Assembly (NCBI RefSeq): GCF_001548275.1
Contig: NZ_AP014945.1
Span: 450,001 to 482,000, forward strand
Source: Caldimicrobium thiodismutans
Lineage (GTDB): Bacteria; Desulfobacterota; Thermodesulfobacteria; Thermodesulfobacteriales; Thermodesulfobacteriaceae
Direction: 5' to 3'
DNA length: 32,000 bases
Shown one piece after another: positions 18,233-25,190 of this stretch. The number at the start of each line of letters is the position of its first letter. Position 1 is the stretch's first letter. Made by a program: the position numbers and the translations under genes. Below the pieces are notes generated by a model, which was not told the DNA's origin, made no database searches, and saw only the letters and a list, made by a program, of their open reading frames with translations.

Positions 18233-19555
18233 ATGAACAAGGAACTACAGGATAAAATCCTTGAGTTAGGAAAATCCGGGCAGCTCACCTATGATCTTTT
18301 GAATAGCCTTCTTCCTGAGGAATACAATGATCCCGATAAAATGGAAGAAATCTTTGATCTCCTTGAGACATATAGAATCGAGCTTAAAGAGATGGATCCC
18401 TATGAGAGAGAAGAATATATAGAAAAACGCGTTCAGGATAAAATGAAGGAACTTTCAACCCTCAGTGAAGGAGAGCTTGAGGAAGAGGAAGAGGGTATTC
18501 TTGAACCTGCCAGTGAAGAGCTTCTTTCTATTTATCTGCGTGAAATGGGAAAATACGAGCTTTTGACTCCAGAAAAAGAGGAAGAGCTATCTAAATTGAT
18601 TAGAGAAGGCTTTGAAGGTATAATTAATGCCTTCATAAATAGTAACCTCAAATATAAGGAAATTATTGAGACAAAAGAGGTAATTCTTGCTTGGAAGAAA
18701 AGAGATCCTAATCTTAAGCCCAAGAAAAGTTATGTAAATTACTTTGAAAATCTCGTAAAGACCTGTTGTGAAAGGTATAAGCAAGATAAAAGGATGCAAA
18801 ATTTTTGCGAAATTGTTAAGAAACATATCGGTCAGATTGAAAAAGCCAAGGATGAGATGGTTAGAGCTAATTTGAGACTTGTGGTCTCCATTGCCAAGAA
18901 ATATATGCGCCAGGGACTAAGTCTTGCTGATCTTATTCAAGAAGGAAATTTAGGCCTTATGCGGGCTGTCTATCGTTTTGACTATCGTAAAGGGAATAAA
19001 TTTAGCACCTATGCCTCCTGGTGGATAAGACAATCCATTACCCGTGCCATTCTTGATAAGACAAGGACTATAAGACTTCCGGTGCACTTTCTTGAACTCA
19101 GAAATTATGTTTTTAAAACCTTTTATGAGATGGCTAAAGAGCTTGGTAGAGAGCCAACTCCTGAAGAACTTTCAGAAAAGACCAAGGTGCCCTATGAAAA
19201 AATTCTCGTTATTTTTGAGACTGCAAAAGATCCGGTCTCCCTTGAGACCCCAATTGGTGACGAAGAGAGTACCCTTGGAAATTTTATAGAAAACAAAAAG
19301 AGCCCTATGCCCTATGAGAAAACCAGAAAAAGGGACATCTCTGAAAAGATAAAAAAATTTCTCTCCACTCTTTCTCCCCGTGAGGAAAAAATTATTCGTA
19401 TGAGGTTTGGTCTTGGAGAGTATGAGGGTTATACCTTAGAAGAAATTGGTTATATGTTTAAGGTCTCAAGGGAGAGGATTCGCCAGATTGAGAAAAAGGC
19501 CCTTGCTAAAATGAGACAACTGGCTCAAAAGGAAGGGTTTGAGTTTAAAGAGTAA
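18233..19555 (+). CDS. rpoD: RNA polymerase sigma factor, RpoD (sigma70) family
   Basis: 440-aa protein with an acidic N-terminal region, region 2 (NLRLVVSIAKKYMRQGLSLADLIQEGNLGLMRAVYRFDYRKGNKFSTYASWWIRQSITRAI), and regions 3 and 4 (TLEEIGYMFKVSRERIRQIEKKAL). Confidence 0.9.
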   Translation: MNKELQDKILELGKSGQLTYDLLNSLLPEEYNDPDKMEEIFDLLETYRIELKEMDPYEREEYIEKRVQDKMKELSTLSEGELEEEEEGILEPASEELLSIYLREMGKYELLTPEKEEELSKLIREGFEGIINAFINSNLKYKEIIETKEVILAWKKRDPNLKPKKSYVNYFENLVKTCCERYKQDKRMQNFCEIVKKHIGQIEKAKDEMVRANLRLVVSIAKKYMRQGLSLADLIQEGNLGLMRAVYRFDYRKGNKFSTYASWWIRQSITRAILDKTRTIRLPVHFLELRNYVFKTFYEMAKELGREPTPEELSEKTKVPYEKILVIFETAKDPVSLETPIGDEESTLGNFIENKKSPMPYEKTRKRDISEKIKKFLSTLSPREEKIIRMRFGLGEYEGYTLEEIGYMFKVSRERIRQIEKKALAKMRQLAQKEGFEFKE

Positions 19556-19558
19556 GCT

Positions 19559-21064
19559 TTAAAATAAATCTATCTGTTTTGGTTTTGGGGGTCTCTTTGG
19601 AAACTCTTTATAGGGAAGGGTTTTTAGCCAGCCTGACAATCCCTGGGTAAGTTCGTAGTGAAAAATCTTTCTTTTTTGAGTTGCAGTAAAGTAAAAACTT
19701 CCTTTGGCACGGGTTAAAGCCACATAGAGAATTCTTTTTTCCTCATCAAGGTCATAATCCCTAAAAAGAGTAAAGGGAATAAGCCCCTCTTCTCCTCCGT
19801 AAAGAATAACAACCTCTGCTTCAAGCCCCTTTGAGGCATGGATTGTTAAAAAATTAACCCCTTCAAGCTTAGGAAAAATTAAGTCTTCAGAAGAGAGACC
19901 TTTAAGATAGAATAGAAATTTTTCCTGATCCCTTTCTAAAAGCCCTCTCCAGTTTTGGAAGATATTTTTTAAGAAGGGGGAGACATCATTTATAATTTCT
20001 GGTAAAGGTTCTTTGAAAACTTTAATCCTTTCTACAATTTGATTAATTTCATCTTTTAATTTTTGAGCCTCCTCTTCAGGTAGGGCTACAGGAATTCCTT
20101 CTTTCTGAAAGGCCTCAATTAGAGGTTCGGAAACCCTTTTTATTCTTGAAAGGATAAAGATGTCCGAAGGTGCAAAAGTAGTGTGTCTTGCCCTTTCAAG
20201 TTGAGTCCCACCTAAGATATTTTGAACCAGATTTACGAGGAAATCCTTTTCTTCATAGGTATTTGGAAAAATAAAACCCTGTATTATACCTCCTGAATGC
20301 TTACTTCTAAATGGAGGAATTTTCCAGGGGGAAGCTTTAAACTGATTTGCTCTTTTGAGAATCTCCTCTTTACATCTAAAACTCTCGGTTAAGGTTAATA
20401 TTTGCAGATGGGGCTTATGGGTTTGAAGAAAGTTTTGAATTTTAGCTAAGTTAACGCCTCTAAATCCATAAATGGATTGATTGGGATCCCCAAAAAGAAT
20501 CCAAGTAGCCTCTTTAAAGGATTTTAAAAAGTCAAGGATTTCTGGTGATAGATCCTGAAACTCATCAAGGAAAAGGTAATATTCTCGTAAGTTTTCTGGG
20601 TTTATCAAGGAGATAGCCTTGTTCAAAAGCAGGTCAAAATCAATGAGTCCATTTTTTTCAAGATAATCAAAATATTGAATTTTTTGGTCAGAGTTTTTTA
20701 GGAGATTTCTTTCTCCGGAAAAGAGTTTCTTCAAAAGAGAGGTTTTCTCCTTTTCATCTATAAGCCTTGGCTCTTTTTGATAGAAGTCCCTATAAAGGTC
20801 ATAGGCAAGCCCATGAAAGGTATCAACCTTAGCCTCTTTAATTCCAAGCCTTGAGAGTCTTTCCCTCAATTCTTGACATGTCTTTAAGGAAAAGGTAAGG
20901 ATTAATATTTTTTCTGGTGGAAGGCCATTTTCGAGGAGGGTTTTTATTTTTAGGAGAAGGGTATAAGTTTTTCCCGTTCCTGGGCCAGCAATTACAAGGA
21001 GATCCTTATTAGCTTCAATAACAGCCTTTTGTTCCTGGGTAATAAAGGGTTCATAAAGCATCAT
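19559..21064 (-). CDS. Compact UvrD/Rep-type SF1 DNA helicase
   Basis: 501-aa protein with the motifs AGPGTGKT (I), DEFQD (II), GDPNQSIYGFRG (III), HASKGLEAEVV (V) and LYVALTRAK (VI). Confidence 0.85.
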   Translation of the reverse strand: MMLYEPFITQEQKAVIEANKDLLVIAGPGTGKTYTLLLKIKTLLENGLPPEKILILTFSLKTCQELRERLSRLGIKEAKVDTFHGLAYDLYRDFYQKEPRLIDEKEKTSLLKKLFSGERNLLKNSDQKIQYFDYLEKNGLIDFDLLLNKAISLINPENLREYYLFLDEFQDLSPEILDFLKSFKEATWILFGDPNQSIYGFRGVNLAKIQNFLQTHKPHLQILTLTESFRCKEEILKRANQFKASPWKIPPFRSKHSGGIIQGFIFPNTYEEKDFLVNLVQNILGGTQLERARHTTFAPSDIFILSRIKRVSEPLIEAFQKEGIPVALPEEEAQKLKDEINQIVERIKVFKEPLPEIINDVSPFLKNIFQNWRGLLERDQEKFLFYLKGLSSEDLIFPKLEGVNFLTIHASKGLEAEVVILYGGEEGLIPFTLFRDYDLDEEKRILYVALTRAKGSFYFTATQKRKIFHYELTQGLSGWLKTLPYKEFPKRPPKPKQIDLF

Positions 21065-22322
21065 TAAGTTCCTTTAAAGCCTTTAGAGTAGAGGCCACAA
21101 AGTAAATAGAGCCTGTTACAAGAATTTTAGAACAATCCTCTGTGGACAAAGCCCTTTCCAAAGCTTGATGGGGTTCTTTGTAGAATTCAAAGGGGCTCCT
21201 ATCATTTAAAGCCTTAGCCCAGTCCTCTATGGTTACCACTTTTCTTTCAGCTTTAAATTCTGATATTAAGATCTTATGGGCAAAAGGAGACAATTCCTTT
21301 AAAAGGGAGAGAAAAGGCTTTTCCCCGTCCTCGTTCGTTGCTCCAAAGATTAGAATAAAAGGGTAAAAATGTTCTTTCATAAGGGAATCCTTAAGGACCT
21401 TTATGCCCTCTGGATTATGGGCACAATCAAATAGAATTTCTTTGGAATTAATAAAAATCTTTTTATATCTACCTTCCCAGGCGACCTCCCTTAAAGCCTT
21501 TTTTAATTTTTCCTCTTCAATTTTCACCCAGCCCCTATCTTCAAGAATTTCAAGCCCTTTAATAGCAAGGGCTAAGTTAGAGCCCTGATAATTACCCTGG
21601 AGGGAAAGCTTAAGTCCTTGAAAATGATACTTTCCTCTATATGTCCAGAAATTATCTGAATATTCTATTTTAAAATCTTGATCTAACAAAAAAAACTTAG
21701 AAGAAAGATCTGTTGCTCTATCTAAGATTACCTTAAGTGGTTTTGACTCAATCCTTCCCAGAACAAGAGGTTTACCTCGTTTAATTATACCTGCCTTTTC
21801 AAAGGCGATTTTTTCAAGGGTATTTCCAAGGTATTTAGTATGATCAAATCCAATGCTTGTGATAAAGGATATTTCAGGGTGAATCACATTAGTAGCATCA
21901 AGCCTTCCCCCAAGTCCTGTTTCAATAATAGCCATATCCACATTTTTCTCAGCGAAATACAAAAAAGCAAGGGCAGTTGTAAGTTCAAAATAGGTTACGG
22001 GTTCTTCAGTCTTGAGTTTAAGGATTTTTAACATTTCAAGAAGTTCTTCATCGGAAATATCTTGCTGATTGATTTTGAAGCGCTCATTTAATCTAAAGAG
22101 GTGGGGAGAAGTATAAAGTCCAGATTTAAAACCGTGTTCTGTGAGCAGGGCATTAAGAATGGCACAGGTTGAGCCCTTTCCATTAGTTCCTGCAATATGA
22201 AGAGAAGGATACTTTTTATGTGGATTTCCGAGTTTTTTCAATAAGTTTATAATCCGAACAAGGCCTGGCCTTATCCCGTGAAATTGATGTTGATTAAGCC
22301 AGTTGAGATAAAATTTTAGCAT
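21051..22322 (-). CDS. folC: Bifunctional folylpolyglutamate synthase / dihydrofolate synthase
   Basis: 423-aa Mur-ligase-family protein with the motif HIAGTNGKGST and a FolC-type C-terminal domain. It overlaps the helicase start by 14 nt. Confidence 0.88.
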   Translation of the reverse strand: MLKFYLNWLNQHQFHGIRPGLVRIINLLKKLGNPHKKYPSLHIAGTNGKGSTCAILNALLTEHGFKSGLYTSPHLFRLNERFKINQQDISDEELLEMLKILKLKTEEPVTYFELTTALAFLYFAEKNVDMAIIETGLGGRLDATNVIHPEISFITSIGFDHTKYLGNTLEKIAFEKAGIIKRGKPLVLGRIESKPLKVILDRATDLSSKFFLLDQDFKIEYSDNFWTYRGKYHFQGLKLSLQGNYQGSNLALAIKGLEILEDRGWVKIEEEKLKKALREVAWEGRYKKIFINSKEILFDCAHNPEGIKVLKDSLMKEHFYPFILIFGATNEDGEKPFLSLLKELSPFAHKILISEFKAERKVVTIEDWAKALNDRSPFEFYKEPHQALERALSTEDCSKILVTGSIYFVASTLKALKELNDAL

Positions 22323-23345
22323 TTATAAAAGAGATATGATAACAGTTAAGATATAAAAAATATAACACAAACCTGATAGGAGTAAAAGGGCTGGATGTAT
22401 TTTTTTGAAAATTTTTATTACTAAAAAATAAAAGCTTCCGAGGGATAGGGCTATAAGGGCTGAAATCAGAGCAAACCCTTCAATTTTCCATTCAGTAAAA
22501 AGTAATCCCACACTGACAGGAAAGGTGGATTGGAAAACCATTGCTCCAGTCATATTTCCAAGGGCAAGGACATCTTTTCCCCGCAAGGTCCAAAGTAAGC
22601 TATTGAATTTCTCAGGAAGCTCTGTAGCAATAGGAGCTACAATAAGGGCAAAAAGGAGAGGCGATATCCCCCATTTGTGTGAGAGAATCTCTATGGCATG
22701 AACAAAGAGATGAGCCCCTTTCACCATAATTACTACCGCGCTTATACTCTGTAAAAGGGCTAAAAAAATAATAACTCCTTTAGAGGCCTTGATTTGTAGC
22801 CAGAGGAGTGGTTTTTCAAAATAAAGGTCTTTATAAGCCTCAACTTCAAGGCTTTCTGATTTAAAGGTAAGAAAAAGATAAAGGCAATAATTAATCAATA
22901 AGACCAAGGCTACTAAATAGTGAAGGGTACGCGTGTTGGGCAGAATAAGGGGGATAAAAATAGCTGTGGAATAACTTAGAAGGAAGAAAAAGAAATCCCT
23001 TTTAAAGGTCTTCTCTTCAAGATAGATTTTTAACTCTCTTTTTCTTTGGAGATACCCAATCCATACGCCTATTCCCACTATAAAAAGGCCTGCTGTAATT
23101 AGCATGAAGGGTGCTCCAAGGATAGCGCCAATTCCTATATGGGAGCCAGCTTGTCCTTTATAAAGAAGAATGGCAACTAAAGGAATGATAGTTTCTGGAA
23201 GAGCGGTTCCAACAGCTGCAAGAATACTTCCCACTACTGCCTGAGATAAAGAAAGTTTCTCTCCAAAGACCTCAACTCCATTGGTAAAAATCTCCGCACA
23301 GAGAAGTATTATAAGAAGGGCAACAAGGGCCTCAAGAATTGCCAT
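22323..23345 (-). CDS. Sodium/calcium exchanger (CaCA family) membrane protein
   Basis: 340-aa polytopic protein with two alpha-repeat-like motifs (GTALPE and ATELPEKFNS). Confidence 0.8.
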   Translation of the reverse strand: MAILEALVALLIILLCAEIFTNGVEVFGEKLSLSQAVVGSILAAVGTALPETIIPLVAILLYKGQAGSHIGIGAILGAPFMLITAGLFIVGIGVWIGYLQRKRELKIYLEEKTFKRDFFFFLLSYSTAIFIPLILPNTRTLHYLVALVLLINYCLYLFLTFKSESLEVEAYKDLYFEKPLLWLQIKASKGVIIFLALLQSISAVVIMVKGAHLFVHAIEILSHKWGISPLLFALIVAPIATELPEKFNSLLWTLRGKDVLALGNMTGAMVFQSTFPVSVGLLFTEWKIEGFALISALIALSLGSFYFLVIKIFKKIHPALLLLSGLCYIFYILTVIISLL

Positions 23346-23352
23346 TGTAAAA

Positions 23353-24180
23353 TTAGTTTACTAAAAGGACCGGGATTTTTGAGGTCTTAATAAGTGCCTT
23401 GCTAACTGAGCCTATTCCCGTTTGCAAAATCTTACCTCTTCTTCCAGCTATAATAAGGTCAATTGATTCTTGCTCAACCTTTTGCATTATTTCATCCAGC
23501 CTGTTTCCACAAACAGTTTCAAAACGAAAATTGATATCAGGAGGTTTGATAGTATTTAAGAGGTTTTTCCAGTTTTCTTTAATTTCTTTTTCCCTTTCTG
23601 TAACATACTGAAGATTACAGGTCTTATCTGGAGATTCTAAGGGATTTATGACATAGAGAACGATGAGTTCAGCTTGGGTTTTCTCAGCATAATAAAAGGC
23701 TTTTTTGAGGGCAGATAGGGCCTTTTCAGAAAAGTCAAAGGGACAGAGTATTTTATTTAGTTTTTTCAGGGGATTTTCTTTTACTACAAGAAAACTTATC
23801 TCTAAGCGTTCAAGAATTTTTTCTGCTGTGGGTATTTTAATTAAGTGGGGTTCATATCCAAGGATAATAAGCTCAGGATTTAAAAGCTCAACAAAATTTC
23901 TAAGAGCTGTCCAGAATTCTCCCAGTAAAACAGCTTTTTCAACTCTGAAGCCTTTTTTAGATATAGGAGCCATGAGTTCATTCAGGGCTTTTTCAAGACG
24001 CTCTTTTTCAATATTTAAGTAAGGGAGAAGATAGGCAGGGGGAGTAAAAAATTGTTCAATAACATGGAAAAGGATGGCCTTTGAAGAGGGATAAATATTC
24101 TTTAGTAAAAATTCCCCTGTTGTAAGAACAGAGGGGGTAAATTTTTTAAAATCAATGGCTAAGGCAATGGGTTTGCTCAT
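23353..24180 (-). CDS. Tandem universal stress protein (UspA family)
   Basis: 275-aa protein with two Usp-like halves. The C-terminal ATP-binding-type motif is GRRGKILQTGIGSVS. Confidence 0.75.
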   Translation of the reverse strand: MSKPIALAIDFKKFTPSVLTTGEFLLKNIYPSSKAILFHVIEQFFTPPAYLLPYLNIEKERLEKALNELMAPISKKGFRVEKAVLLGEFWTALRNFVELLNPELIILGYEPHLIKIPTAEKILERLEISFLVVKENPLKKLNKILCPFDFSEKALSALKKAFYYAEKTQAELIVLYVINPLESPDKTCNLQYVTEREKEIKENWKNLLNTIKPPDINFRFETVCGNRLDEIMQKVEQESIDLIIAGRRGKILQTGIGSVSKALIKTSKIPVLLVN

Positions 24181-24183
24181 GGA

Positions 24184-24693
24184 TTAATCTCTTTTCCAAT
24201 AAACTCTAACTAATTTTTCACCCTTTGACCATTTAAATTCTAAATCTCCTTTATAGGCCTTGTAAAGGGCTCTTCCAAGCCTTTCAGCCAGGTGGTCAGT
24301 TGTTGTCTCAATAATAGTTTTATCTTCTTCTTCGTAAATGCTGATAATTTGATGTAAGGGATTAAGTCCTCTTGCCTTTTCAACCTCATTATTAATAAGA
24401 CGCATCATATCCTCTTGATGGGTCTTCCAGAAGTCTCCTGAGATAAAAAGATAGCCCATGGCATATTTTTCTAAGGCCTTTCTGCAGCCTGGACAAAGAA
24501 GTTTGGGGACATTTTCAGCCTCAAGAAGCTCTTCTGCAAGCTCCTCATCTATAAACCATCTTTTGTCTTTGAAGACAGATTTACATTGAGGACAGACTGC
24601 CTCTCCTGAAGGCGCAGATTGAATAGCATAGGGATCTTCAGTAGATTCGAATTCCCAGGTATGTTTGATCCACTTTTCACCTTTTCTTGACAT
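24184..24693 (-). CDS. Conserved hypothetical zinc-ribbon protein (two CxxC pairs)
   Basis: 169-aa ORF with CPQCKS and CPGCRK motifs. A GGGAGG RBS is present. I could not assign a function. Confidence 0.6.
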   Translation of the reverse strand: MSRKGEKWIKHTWEFESTEDPYAIQSAPSGEAVCPQCKSVFKDKRWFIDEELAEELLEAENVPKLLCPGCRKALEKYAMGYLFISGDFWKTHQEDMMRLINNEVEKARGLNPLHQIISIYEEEDKTIIETTTDHLAERLGRALYKAYKGDLEFKWSKGEKLVRVYWKRD

Positions 24694-24694
24694 A

Positions 24695-24745
24695 AAGACC
24701 TCCCTTTGAAGATTTAATTTAAATTATAATTCAAAGGGAGGTCTT
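24695..24745 (-). promoter_or_regulatory. Perfect 16-bp hairpin sequestering the RBS of the zinc-ribbon gene
   Basis: AAGACCTCCCTTTGAA (24695-24710) is the exact reverse complement of TTCAAAGGGAGGTCTT (24730-24745), with a 19-nt AT-rich loop between them. In the minus-strand mRNA the 3' arm contains the GGGAGG RBS and ends 1 nt before the AUG at 24693. Confidence 0.6.
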
Positions 24746-24758
24746 CGTCAATGAAAAA

Positions 24759-24947
24759 TTAATCCTGCCAGGATATAGCAGAAACTGGGCAGGAATTAAT
24801 AGCCTCTTCGCAGTTACACTCTTTACAACCCTCCTGGTTCTTTACATAGGCCTTTTCATCTGACCCAAGTTCAAAGACATTGGGGCAGAGTTCCACACAG
24901 GTCCCACAGCCAATACAAAGTTCATCATCAACCACAAGGGTAGCCAT
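24759..24947 (-). CDS. Small single-cluster ferredoxin
   Basis: CIGCGTCVELCP plus distal Cys residues including CP. The ATG at 24947 has GGAGG 8 nt upstream. The tracked ATG at 24953 is only 2 nt from the RBS. Confidence 0.85.
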   Translation of the reverse strand: MATLVVDDELCIGCGTCVELCPNVFELGSDEKAYVKNQEGCKECNCEEAINSCPVSAISWQD

Positions 24948-25011
24948 AAGCATAACCTCCTTTTTAGTATTTTTTTATAATATAAATTAAGCTTTCACTT
25001 TGTAAAATCCT

Positions 25012-25025
25012 TTGATCTAAATCAA
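25012..25025. promoter_or_regulatory. FNR/CRP-family binding site in the ferredoxin / molybdoenzyme divergent region
   Basis: TTGATCTAAATCAA has a 14-mer core identical to 11847-11860. On the minus strand TAATTT starts 22 nt downstream of the site. The site is 65 nt from the tracked ferredoxin ATG (24953) and 166 nt before the molybdoenzyme ATG. Confidence 0.55.
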
Positions 25026-25089
25026 GATCTTATGTTTGTATAGTATACTTGCTAACTCAACTTATTTAAAAATTCTTTACTTAAGATAA

Positions 25090-25133
25090 AAATTAACAAG
25101 AAATTAACTGAAATTTAACTTCTTCTTAACAGA
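25090..25133 (+). repeat. Four direct aaaTTAAC repeats phased at exactly 11 bp, a candidate response-regulator binding array
   Basis: TTAAC starts at 25093, 25104, 25115 and 25126. The units read aaaTTAACaag, aaaTTAACtga, aatTTAACttc and ttcTTAACaga. The array lies about 60 nt upstream of the ATG at 25191. Confidence 0.5.
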
Positions 25134-25190
25134 ATATTTTTGATTTTGGGTTAATCTTTAAGAAGAATTTACCATGAGGAGGGGGATAAG

